Made by a program: the position numbers and the translations under genes. A stretch of 64,000 nucleotides of DNA, taken from positions 496,001 through 560,000 of the forward strand of contig MU053881.1 of assembly GCA_013239625.1 (NCBI GenBank), written 5' to 3'. The notes beneath the pieces are model-generated. The model did not search any database, had not been told where the DNA came from, and saw only the letters and a list, made by a program, of their open reading frames with translations. Below are positions 1-11,850 of this stretch, one piece after another. Source of the stretch: Lama guanicoe. Lineage: Eukaryota. Within the stretch, counting starts at the first letter, position 1. Each line of letters opens with the position of its first letter.

Positions 1-888
1 TCCAGCTTTTATTCTTTCAGCACTTCATCGCGCTCAAGCATTTTCTGTCCAGTTTTCATAACTGTCTTTCAAACCCACCTCCAGAGCTGTACCACCCACA
101 GCCTCTCCCCTTCACAGCCAGAGCCCGGAACGGGTCTGTACCCAGTGTCCGTTCTCCCCTGGCTCAGGAAAGAAGAAAAGCCCGGGTGCCTCTGTGTGTC
201 TGTCCCTGCTTCTGTTTAACGAGCCTGTCCGGAGGCTGGGCCGAGACTTCCCGCAGATAGCACACCCCTCGGGGACTGCTGGCGTCTTGTTGCATGACCT
301 TTGCTTTTCACCTTCTGTCACATTAATTTACTGTGGACAGATGGCAGCTGGCATCGCTTTGGGACCTCCTACTTGTGTCAGTTGATTATAGTTGATCATC
401 CTTTGGACGTTAGGCAACACAGGTTATAAACTAAAAAAACTATTACCTTATTTAGACCTCTTTTATTTAAAGGTCAGCCACAAAATATTTTTAGTAGTCA
501 AAAGTACTTTTCAGAAGTAGAGTGCTGGCTTGGATAAGCCTTTGTCTAAGACGCCACTTTGGGAGCTAAAATGGGTCAGTCATCTGTCTGCTGGCAGAGG
601 CGTCACCGTGATGCCCCCGCCTCGGAGCGAGGGTCTGCTGCCAGTCCCAGCTCCGGGGGAAGAGTTCTTGTCTCTGACCTTTGATAATCCTGGATCCTTT
701 TATGTTTGCCAGCTCCTCGCACGACACCAAGAGGCTGCAGAGCTGTGAAAAGCACTCACCTTCAGTGTAGGCTCCTCTCCCCGCTCCCCCCCTCCACCAG
801 TGTTCTGATCACTCTAGTTTACAGCATGTGTGGGAAGTAGGGAAGGGCGAGGGCAGCCTATTTCCATGTAACTGGTTTTGTTCCTTTT

Positions 889-1060
889 GTTTGTTTGGGT
901 TTTTTTGTTTCTTGGTTTCTTTTTTGGCGGGGAGAGGTAATAGGGTTTTTAAAATTTTATTCATTTATTTATTTTAGAGGCGGTACTGGGGATTGAACCC
1001 AGGACCTCGTACTTGCTAAGCACGCACTGTACCTCTTGAGCTATACCCTCCTGCCCCCTC
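889..1060 (-). mobile_element. tRNA-derived SINE, Vic-1-like (camelid)
   Basis: Minus strand reads gagggtatagctcaagaggtacagtgc...gaggtcctgggttcaatccccagtacc (A/B boxes) then A-rich tail; flanking direct repeat TGTTCCTTTT at 879-888 and 1070-1079. Confidence 0.88.
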
Positions 1061-4000
1061 CTCCGGGTCTGTTCCTTTTATGTCCCATACGTTTCACATT
1101 CTGTATCCCGAAGTATTTCTCATGGGAATAAAGGACTTCTGTTGAAGCTCTGATAAGCTTGTCCTTTTCATGCTTCACGATTCATCAGCACGTCACCCCC
1201 TTTCCACCCCTGTACACCGCTTGGCCCAGCATATGCCGTGCCCTTTTCTGCTTTTACGTGCATTTTTATTGTTTTGAGTCTTTTATAACAGCGGGAAGGG
1301 ACTTCTTTCCAAGGTCTGGCTAGCCCCAGGTGCCCCCCTCTGAGGCGTCTGTGGATGCCTGAGGTATGTCTGCAAGCTGGGAAGAGGTCACTGGCGCTGG
1401 GCATGCTCGGGGGCTCTGACCGTTCATCAGGGCATCGTGTGGAACGTTGACGTTACTTTGCCTGAATTTGTGTTTAATGATACTTCCATTTGCATGTCCC
1501 TGGTGCTTTTTCTTTTCTTTTTTTTTTTCCTTTTTCAGTTTTATTAGGTAGTATTATTACAGTCCAACTGCACACACACGATATTGCATGTAAATACATG
1601 CAGACAGTACACTGCACCTTTTTTTTAGTTTACGTATGTGTACTGATCATTGCTCCTAAGAACAGTTTCGAGCTTTAGCTTTTTAAACTTACATAGTTAT
1701 CAAAGGAATAAAGCCAACTATAAAATAAGAATCAGCAGAATGTGGTGATACAGTCATAAAGGACAGTCAGATGTGCTCACACGTATTCAAGAAATCAGTC
1801 ATCTTAGTTGTACATGATGAGTAGTTCATTTGTGTGCTTTTTCAAAGGATCACACTTACGGTTTTTCGCCTGTTGCCCCGGACAGCCTCACGAGGTGGGT
1901 GGCACACCCCTTCCCCACCACGCCTCACCCCCTTCCGCCTGCAGCTTTCAGGCGAGACAGCTGGGAGTGAGGGCAGCAAGTCGAGGCTCAGACAGTTGTA
2001 GGAGCAGGACTCCGCTTAGGAGGAGGGGAAGGCCATGTTGAGCCCGGTAAAACGGGAGAGCGGAGGAGACAGAAGCAGGAGTGGAGAGAGTGGGTGATGA
2101 AGAGAGGCGTCAGTGAGCACAGAGAGCCGGTCAGCGCGTCCCATCACGACCGGAGGGAGGGGGATGTGATGGGCTTGGGTCAGAAGGGCCAGCGGGTGAA
2201 GACGACAGCCCTGGGTTTTGTTTGCAGAAGAGAGAGATGTGCTGTGGGAATCAGACTGATGGTCTCTGGGCCAGGCGCCGGAGCTGGACTGTCGGGAGTC
2301 AAAGATGGCTCTGTCGGGGTGGGGGGAGCAAGGGCGGCTTACTGGCCGGGGGTAGGAAAGCCATGGGGTGGACAGAGAGTCCAAAGAAAAGGGTTTTTTG
2401 GGTTTTTCTTTCGGATTTTGAGTTAGGTTAAGAAGGGAGACTTTCTCAGTTTTTCCCTGAAGAACAGTTAGTCTCTGTTTTCCTTCGTGTCGGCGCCCCC
2501 GCAGCAGGGCGCCAGACCCTTTCTTTTGGATCAGCACACCTGCAAGGGGACAGCTAAGAGCCCCAGCATAAGAGAGATGCATCCATGACAAAGGTGAAAG
2601 GAACAGATGAACAGAGAACAGCAGCTTACGCGGCTTTGAACGTTAAATACGGGATTATACCGTTTTGCTCTCTGAATAACCAGTAACAGGAAACAAGGCA
2701 CGACAGTAAGGAAAGGGGAGGCGGGAGCGCTGGCGAGGGCGGGCAGGCGAAGGCAGGCTCCACCCCAGGCCGCCGCCGCTGCTTAGCCGGGGGTCTCCGC
2801 AAGCGGTCCAGGCCAGCCACCCCTTGCCAGAGTGGCCACATCAGCGATCACACGACCTTCTTTCTCCTGCCACTGGTCAGCCAGCTGCACTCCGTCGTCC
2901 AGACTGCCTAGAACTGGTTTGGAGCACCTTCCCAGCCGCCCATCCCCATCCCACACTGATCAAACCCTCATTGGTCCGTGGGCCTCCCCAAAACGTATGC
3001 CAGATACTAGAGAGGGGCGCCCCTGTAAGGGGGAGGGCCTGTCATTTACGTCAGACCTAAGGGAGTCTACGTCTCCAGGAAGGACTGAAGGCCTCGTTCT
3101 AGTCTTGGTTAGACTACAGCCAACACTGGGCACAGTCCCCAGCCGGCTGGGGAGCTACGCCGTCTCTGAGAATACCCTCGGTGGAGGTCCTGGGGCAAGG
3201 AGCCTTCTGCCTTAGAGCACTCTCATTCACGGATGCGAGGAACGGGCAACGGACGTGACAATGCCTCACGTGTACAAAGTCAATTTAGGTCTTGCCTATG
3301 ATTTGGTGACTTTCACCCATTAAATAAAAACTTTCAGGTTTAAATAAAGGCCTTCAGGGATGATGAGGTCTGGTTCACTGCGTTATCTACGAGTTTCAGT
3401 ACTAGACTGATGCATTTAGTTGTCAGGGTCTTTCTTCTTACCCCGAAGAAATGGGCATAAGGCCACCAGGTGACATTGGGTGGGTACGTATGTGTTGTTG
3501 GGGTCAAAGCTATAAACCCAAATGTTTCTTCCAAATCCCAATTAAAACAGTGAGTTTTCTAGGTCTTTCACTTTTTAAGATCAAAACTGCTCTTTAAAAC
3601 AAGTATATATAACTACTTGTAAGCTATATATGAATTATAAATTAAGAGGCATACCATGGTTCAATTTGATGTTTTTCTCAAATTTTCTTGTATCTTATGC
3701 CAAGACTCTGATGATAGCTCCTCCAAAGGTGCCCAGCTGTCTGTCCTGGCGCCTGCCTCGGTCCCTGCTGGGCCAGGACCCTGGGGCTTCCGTGCGGTTT
3801 CATTTCGGCTACTCAGAGCTGCCGTGGGGAGGTAGTGAGAGTGAGAAATGACTTCCACAGCTCCCTCAGAGTCTTTTCTCCATTCCAGAGGGCACCAGCC
3901 CCTTTTTTAAGAATGCAGAACCCTCCATGACTTACTTCCACCCACAAGGGTGTGACTTCCTTCTCCCCTGAGGAAGAGAGAAACCCCCCCATCCTCTCTC

Positions 4001-4575
4001 TCCCTTCATTTCAGCTGAAAACTGCTGGCTGAATGTTAGCTGATTCTTAAACACAGTTTATCCCTAAAAACAGCCCCAGCCGCCCTGGAACTTTACAAAC
4101 ATTTAACGTGGGTTGCTTAGAAGTCTTTTTAAATAATGTTTTAAATGACATTTAAACAGAGGTCCATGAAACTGGTAATTACATAGAGAACTCTTTCTAC
4201 TCCTGGTTAGTATCTTTTTGAAACTCCATTTTTCTGCTTTTGCTGTTGTAGAAAACAACTGATGTATAAGGTATAATTCATTTTCTTCATCCTTAATAAA
4301 TTTCTACATTTCCTCAAATCTTTTTTGGAATTGGGCAGAAGAAAAATACTTCTTACCAGTTCTCGTTTATACGGTGCTTTCAGCATATGACGTTGGGTTC
4401 AGGAGCTTTTCTTCCAGGTACGTTGCAGTACATCCCCAATATTTGTCTCTTAGGGCCTGTGATTATGTCCTAAAGGGGAAAGAAACAGGCTGACCAAAAA
4501 TTCCATTTCTTTGCATTTTGGCCTAAGAGTTTTTCAGTATATAATTTGTCATACAATTCTCCACTTTTTTTATAG

Positions 4576-4672
4576 GCATGTTTTCCACAAATCCTGCGTG
4601 GATCCCTGGCTTAGCGAACACTGTACCTGTCCTATGTGCAAACTTAATATTTTGAAGGCCCTGGGAATTGTG
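4576..4672 (+). CDS. RNF130: RNF130 coding exon (human exon 6 equivalent), C-terminal half of RING-H2 finger
   Basis: tttttttatag|G CAT GTT...ATT GTG|gtatgt; 97 nt; encodes [32 protein letters not shown] (RING-H2 H-x2-H-x2-C...C-x2-C), recognised as Goliath/RNF130. Confidence 0.97.
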
Positions 4673-5559
4673 GTATGTTTCCTGTTTTGTGAATACTTTC
4701 GTGTAGTGTTATCTGTAAGCATGGCACTGACATGGACGAGTGGACGGTTCAGAGTCCCACAGGGACACACTGACTTCCTTTGCTGTATAGCCCTGTGAGC
4801 CTAGCACTGACTTTTTTCCCCACGTCACTTAAAGTCCAGCCCACTTTGGAGAACTCCTGGCAGAGAAGGTGAAACACTGTGCTGGTCCACTTTAAAGCGT
4901 GCGTGTATTGGGCGGTGGTGGTGTGGTGGAGAACTGAGACAGAGAGAAGGAGACCATTTTCCTTCATTCCAGTATCTTTTTTCTTAAGGAATTTAGAATA
5001 TAGACTTTTACACTGGTCCAATAATAGTTTTTCTGAGGTCAGCATGATGTAAGATGAGGTCATCACTTATGTTCCTTCGTCTTGAATATGGTTTTGCTCC
5101 CCTGGGCATGGGTCACTGCAGGCCGTGATGTGCTCAGTGCCAGCCCCAGGCAGACCTCCGACAGCCTGGCGGGGGCCTTGGGCGGGGGCCGCGTGGAGCA
5201 GCACTGCAGCCCTGGCCGGGCGGGTCAGCCGCTGACCAGCCGAGGACCTTGGAGGCTCCCTACGGTTCCTTCCGTGAGAGGAGTATGTATCCAGGATTAT
5301 TGCTTTTTAGAGGCAAAGGAAGTATTTTCTGGTCTCAAAAAAAGACTGAACAATCTTGTGGAGCAAAACATTTGTTTTGACCCAGCAGATGAATTTCCTC
5401 ACTGTACCCTTGCAGATCAAAGTAGTCCTATCTGAAAAGTACCCTCAGATGGCTGTTGAGGTGTGATCCAGTTGGGCAGTGACGCCCCGCTGATCCTCCG
5501 TCTCCAGAGATCAGGTCGGTGATACTGTGTTCAGCACAGTGCGCCTCCGCCTCTTCACC

Positions 5560-5710
5560 ACCGACACTTTGGACCAGACAGTCCCTTCTTGGGGGGGGGC
5601 CATCCTGTAGACTGTCCAGCAGCATCCCTGGCATCTACTAGTAAATACAACGCCCTGGCCACACAATCAGAAATGTCTCTGGGCCCGGCCAGGTGTCCCC
5701 TGTCCACCCC
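5560..5710. mobile_element. MER20-like hAT DNA transposon fragment
   Basis: cagcatccctggcatctac...aaatgtctctg...tgtcccctg resembles recalled MER20 consensus; boundaries approximate. Confidence 0.6.
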
Positions 5711-6823
5711 CACGCGAGGGGTGTATTGTAGAGCATCTGCCATAATGCCTGGCGCGTAGCAGACACTTGGGGAGATACTAACTCAGCTTCCTCTGTTGCC
5801 TCCAGCCTTCTTGGCTGTTGTTTTGTTATTTAAGTCCTATTCTTTGAAGGACCAAGACATACTCTTTCCTTCTGTTTTTAATGAAAATTGTTCTGAAATG
5901 TATTATAAACTGCCATGGTTCCTTAAATATGAAAAACGTAGCAAGCCCTCTTCTAAATGAGTGTCATTATTAGCCTCGGTTATCACACCATGCTGTGATT
6001 CTTTAAATTTGGGGTGACAAAGAAGAGAACTATTTTGCCCAGGAGGTCACTGCCCTGGGTTTGGCTGGCTGTCACCTCTCTGTAAGCATAAGCTTCTCTC
6101 AGCCACCCTTCCCAGCTCTGCTCCTAGTACACTGCCTGCCGTTGGCTAAAAGCACCGACGGTTGCTAAGGAAACCAGGTATCCATGCTGTTAAATCAGAA
6201 GACTTTAGCATCCATTCACTTTTTCGCTGGTAAGCTTTGGCTCCACGGCAGCTCTGAACCCCTCTTCCAGAATTAGATGCTTGGGTTTTGCAACAGATAG
6301 TTTTCTCAGAGTTCAAGACTCTTTCAACGTTGATTGGCTCTTGGTTGTATGCATTACTTATATTCAAAAGTAGGAGATATTTAAAAACTTGTCTACCAGA
6401 TGGACGGGGCATTACAGAGAAGTTAGTAGGATGAAAGGGGTATTTACTGTTACCTGCATTAACATAAGAGCCAAAGTGATACACCGAACTGTTTGTCAGC
6501 TTTATAACAATGATAATGAATCACTTTGCCTGTGAGCCTTGTCCATAAGGGGTTGTCATTTCTTTATAAAGATGAAGTATCCAATTTTCTCAGTTCTGCA
6601 ATGAATTTTGGTTTTCCTTTGTACCATTTTTGGGAAGAAATCATGTTTCTTTTAAAGAAAAACTCTTGGATGAGAGTGGAAAGTGTAGATGAAGAGAGAA
6701 ATGAGAGGAAATCACATAGAAAAAACTCGGTAAAGTGTTTTCAACAGGGATGTTGAACTTTAAGAATTTTATAAAAGGAATTCTTAATCTTACAAGTACT
6801 TTTAATCTGGAAATATTTTGCAG

Positions 6824-7028
6824 CCAAATTTGCCGTGTACTGATAACGTAGCATTTGACATGGAGAGGCTCACCAGAACCCAAGCAGTTAACCGGAGATC
6901 AGCCCTAGGTGACCTCGCCAGTGACAACTCCCTTGGCCTCGAGCCACTTCGAACTTCGGGGATCTCACCTCTTCCTCAGGACGGGGAGCTCACTCCTAGA
7001 ACGGGAGAGATCAACATCGCAGTGACAA
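6824..7028 (+). CDS. RNF130: RNF130 coding exon (exon 7 equivalent)
   Basis: ttttgcag|CCA AAT...GTG ACA A|gtaagt; 205 nt; [31 protein letters not shown]...GEINIAVT; in frame with previous exon, ends phase 1. Confidence 0.97.
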
Positions 7029-10000
7029 GTAAGTGGGCCCTGTGCCCAGGACACGGGACGGCTTTGCTGGTGGTGTTCAGTGTGTGGTGGAGAGCTGAGG
7101 CCGTCACCAGGGCCGGTGGTGGCGTCTGTAATGGAGAAGGGAATGGGGACTTGCTAAAGCAGATTATTTGGAACAAGGAAGCTTTCTTTATAATGAGAAG
7201 CGTGTGTATTTATGCGTCATGAATAGGAGTAACTGCCATTTGATGAGTGGTTGATCAGAGGTCTGTCTTAGTAGCTGTTTATAAGCCTGATTTGAAATGC
7301 AGACAGGGACGTGATGTTGGGTATCAGCAGCAGCTCAGGTGTGTGGTGTCGCTGTGAGCTCAGCGCTCTCTAGTTCCCAGGCGGCAGGCAACTCAGTGAA
7401 AAACAAATCCAGAACTTGAACCTGAAAGTTCACAACTTTAGAAACAGCTGAGATGGCCGGTTGCTGCTCACTGTATTTTACACTTTTTATGAAGTTTGGT
7501 ATCTTGGCACTTACCTCTTTGGTATAATTGGACAAGAGGTGGGGGAGAAGCCAAAAGATAATCTGCCCTAAAAATGTTCTGGGCTGGTCATGAATGTCAT
7601 GATTGTTGAACTATTGACAAGAAGGAGAGTAATACCCTTGAGTGTTTCGATGGCCTTGCCTAAGTATGAGTGGGCTGGCGGGCGTGCGAGTGGGCCTCGG
7701 GGACGCTCCCCCGGGACAAGCAGCTGGTTTCAGTTCCATTCTCTACATGTTGTTTCCATCTAACCACCTCTCACCCGTCTTCCTCGCCACCTCTCTGGTG
7801 CTGCCTCTCGGTGCTGTTGCCTGCCTATAGCTTCGAGCCCTAACCCTGGTGGGACTCCTCTCAACTCTGCAAGTCAGGAAAACAGATAAAGCTGTTCCCG
7901 GAGTTTCCCAAACCTAGTAAGACTCGTGTGGTCTGTTCAGTCTAACCAACCAAAAGGTGTTAGAAAATGAGTTCCCAGGTTTTAGTGTCTCGCTTGTCTA
8001 AACTCAAGGAGACCTCACTCAGTAGTAAAGCAAGTAAAAGTAGTCTTTGACACAGTTTGACTCATTTCTTACCATTTCCCAGCGACTTGTTTGTTTAACA
8101 GCATCTCATGTTTTTCTGCTTTGGCATTTAGGAATTACGGGTGAGATTTTTAAAAGCTGATCTAGCAGTAACAAAGGAGCCAGAGGGTGTCTGTTCGCTC
8201 CTGAGTTTTGGGAGGCCCTTCGTTGGTTGACATTTATTGAGCACCTGCTACTACATTAAGTAATGATCCTATTACATTTTATATATAAATGTCCTTTCAA
8301 AACCTTATGCCTTGATGATTAAAATATTACTTCATGCATCAAATTAATCACCATTAGCAAACTTTATGCACATTAATCAGTGAAGTTCATGTGGTTGCAC
8401 TAGACCAGTGCTCCCTCAACTTCAATCTCCAGCCCTGTGGTGCCCTGGTAGCTACCGTGCTTCTAGCCAGCGTCCACTGTGTGCAAGGCACTGTGCTAAA
8501 CACCCCCGGGAGGACGGGGGCCACCGAGACCCCGGCCGCCGTGGGTCGCTGCTGACGTACCCCTGGGCCACTGGGTATTATTCTAACGGTGTTTACTTCT
8601 TTTTGGTCACACTGATTTTTATAGCTGAAATGCCACGCAGGTATGGATGCTACATTCACAATCAGAAACAGACATAATTGAAGTCCTAAAAGTTAGTCTG
8701 CTCATCACGTATAAAAGTCTAAGAAGAGAAAAATAAAGACTGCTGTGTTAAGGGTCTTGATGTCAATGACCAGTCACCTCTTAATTTCTTCTCAAATGCC
8801 AGTATACATTTTTTTTCCTAACTTAAAATACATGTGGGTGAAAATGGTGGATTCTGCATGGGTTCTTGAATGTTTATTTTGACTTAAATAAAAACCTTAT
8901 ACGTTCACGCTGCTGATGAGGAATTTGCATTCCAAGAAGCAGCGGCTGCACTGTTACCTAAAAAGAAAGAGTTTGCTATGCATTTTCATGACATAAAGCA
9001 AAGTGGACAGAGAAATGCTCACAGAACAACTCAGCATCCAGGAGTCCTGAAGACCAGTTCTTCTTCCTCTTCTGAAGACCGCCACCTGTACAGTCCAGTG
9101 GAAGTGTAATGCCCTTTTTCTGGGAGTTCCCAGGCACGCACAGTGTTGCGTAGAGGCAGGATTCATGGAACCAGCCTGAGAAGCACCCACGTTCCGCACA
9201 GCTTTCACATACAGACATTTGGCGTTCCAAGTAGGAATGTCTTCTCTCTGCATTAGCGCAGGTTTGTGGGGCATTTCGCTGTGTGACACTTTGTCAGACC
9301 AGCCCTAGCTCGTGTATACTCTAGGAAATATTTTATAGTTAAGACTTTTTAGGAACTCAGATTGGCTCTCGGGTTATTTTTGAGGTTCTCAATAAATACT
9401 GTATCTGATCCGTTACCTTGACAGTACAGACTGAAAAGTTAAGGGAAAACATGAACTGATTTCCTGGATCTAGAGAGAAACGAGACAGAAACCCTTAGAG
9501 TTCTGTGTACCGGGGGTTTTCAGCTCTTCGATGGGCCACGGACCTTGTGACTCACCTGCCCTTCCTACCCCTGCTTCACCAAGCCAGAGCAGCCAGTGCT
9601 GCTTCCCCGCCGTGGGCTGGTGAGGTAGTCCTCTTCTGGGCGGGAGACACCAGTAAGAGGCCCTTTTTAAAGAAAGACTACAAGTACCCACTCATAACAG
9701 AAGAGAAAGTAGATGTGAATGCCACGGAAGGCCGGCCTGCGGACTGCTTGGAATATCACAAGCTCTTTGGGAACCGCTGCTCCATATTCCTAAAGGCTTT
9801 CTCTAAGAATGAGTGACACAGCCATGCAGAAGTGACCAAATGAAGAAGTAAAGGATAACTATAAATATAGCTAGTCTATTTTGCTGTCATTTAAATTAAC
9901 AGTTTAAAAAATCTCATGTCCATGAGCAATTTTATATATTTTTTTTTACTGCACACTTTTGGTGGCCACGCTTCTCACAAACCTCAGGACGTCAACGGGA

Positions 10001-10232
10001 AGAAATGTCTGGGCCGTGCTTTCCTTTCTCCCTCGCAGCTTTCACCTCTACTTCCACTAACCTTCTGCACTTAGTAGCTCTCTGGCAAACCTCCTCCTGC
10101 TTCACTTCCTTGGGCCAGTCTTGGCTTACACCTCCGTTGACGTCTGCTTCGTTGCATTTGAGGGAAATGTTGGCATCGATTTGACTTAAGCCTTCTCCCC
10201 AGAGTGACTTCCTCCCTTTCCTTTGTCAACAG

Positions 10233-10326
10233 AAGAATGGTTTATTATTGCCAGCTTTGGTCTCCTCAGTGCTCTCACGCTCTGCTACATGATCATCAGA
10301 GCCACAGCTAGCTTGAATGCTAATGA
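10233..10326 (+). CDS. RNF130: RNF130 coding exon (exon 8 equivalent), hydrophobic putative second transmembrane segment
   Basis: pyrimidine tract + caacag|AA GAA TGG...GCT AAT GA|gtaagt; 94 nt; (K)[30 protein letters not shown](E); not in ORF track. Confidence 0.95.
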
Positions 10327-11639
10327 GTAAGTAACAAATTGTTTTTTTGGATTGCATGTGCCAGATGACCCCCCAGAAAGTATGTTAGAGTAATATTCAT
10401 AAAAATCATGAGAATTGACTTCCACCAGTTTCACACTGATCTAGATGCGATCATACCTAGCAAAATAACTTCTTTCACGAACGTGTATTTTCAGTCCGTA
10501 ACACTGGTTGGGAGTTGACCTTGCTCAGCAGGAACCGCTAGGTTGAGAAAGGGTCTTGGGGCTGTCCTTGGCCACAAGCTTAGAGTAAATCAACAATGGA
10601 AGAAACGCCAGGGGACCCAGTACGGTCAGAGGAGGTAGAGAACGCCCCTTCCGGGCAGCTGGCAGGAGAAGCCCCACGGTCTTGGGTGCTCATCACACTT
10701 ACCTGGAGGCTTGTGGCTTTTGGTGGATGCTAGCAACTGGGCCTATGCACAAAGGAACGCGGATGTTTAACCTGTGAGAAAGAAGCAATCGGGAAGACCT
10801 GCTGTTTCCAAATATTAGAAAGAATGTCGGGGTGGGTGGAAATAAGCATAAACTGTATTTCCATAGGGCAAATTGAGGACCTGAGGGTAGGTTCCAGGAA
10901 GGCCGAATTTCACTGCAGTGAAAGGAAGAGTGCCCGTTAGCAAGGCTGCTTACCGCTGAGGTGGTTTGCTGTGGGGGCAGGGAGGGCCCGGGACTGGGAA
11001 TGGGGGCGGGAGCTGGGTGTCGCTTGTCGGGGCTGCCGTAGGTGAGGCATTTTTCAGAGGATGGAAAATTGGGCTGGATGACTGTTAAGGTCCATTTTGG
11101 TTCAGTGGTTTTCCAAGAGTAGCTTTCCACAGGGTATGATATAGAAAAGGTTTTTTGGTTTTGTTTGTTTTAATTTTGGGGCATTTACTGTAGGATATTA
11201 TTCAGTCCTTTCTTTCAACCATTATTCATGAAAGCTGATTCAAGATGAAAGCATCCCTGGGACACGGCCCAAATCTGAACTTAAATCGGTGGAATCCATG
11301 TGCTCTCTCTGTTCACTTATGTCCTGGCATTTTAATTGATCAGTGACAACCACCCACTCTCATGTAGTTGATTTAACTGAATGCTCGTAGTCCGGGCAAG
11401 TAACCTCCACTCCAGTGACGTGATTTTGTTACCTCAAACCTGATCTGCTGGCTAGATGTTTATGTAAGAAGTACCCTTTGACATCCCTGACGTATTACAT
11501 ATTGAGGATGTCTTGGTCCGTGGACATTCCTCAGCCTTCAGATGCGTAGTCTCGGCCTCATCCAGCAGGTCGACAGCTAGTTGCTTCTGTTGGGCCCCCC
11601 GATGAGGTTTTACTTGGACATGACACAGTGTTAATTGCT

Positions 11640-11850
11640 CAGGCTGCAGAGTCAGACGTGCCTGGATGTGACTCCCCGCTCCTCTGTGTTTAGTTGTGAG
11701 AACCGGGCAGCTGTATTTACCTGAAGCTTGTTTTAGTCGTCCATAAAACAGGAATAACAGCGGGAGTGCATCACAGGGTCGTTGTGAGAATTAGCACATA
11801 AAGTGCTTAGCACAGTGCCTCGTACATATTACGTGCTCAATAAATGTTAG
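11640..11850 (+). mobile_element. MIR SINE
   Basis: gagtcagac...cacagggtcgttgtgagaatta...aaagtgcttagcacagtgcct...gtgctcaataaatgttag core and tail. Confidence 0.8.

Noticed and set aside
980..1057. tRNA gene (A/B-box-like sequence)
   Set aside because: It is the tRNA-derived head of a SINE, with an A-rich tail and flanking direct repeats
2016..2591. 191-aa minus-strand ORF as the coding part of the candidate retrocopy
   Set aside because: Non-ATG start and no resemblance to any protein family I recognise
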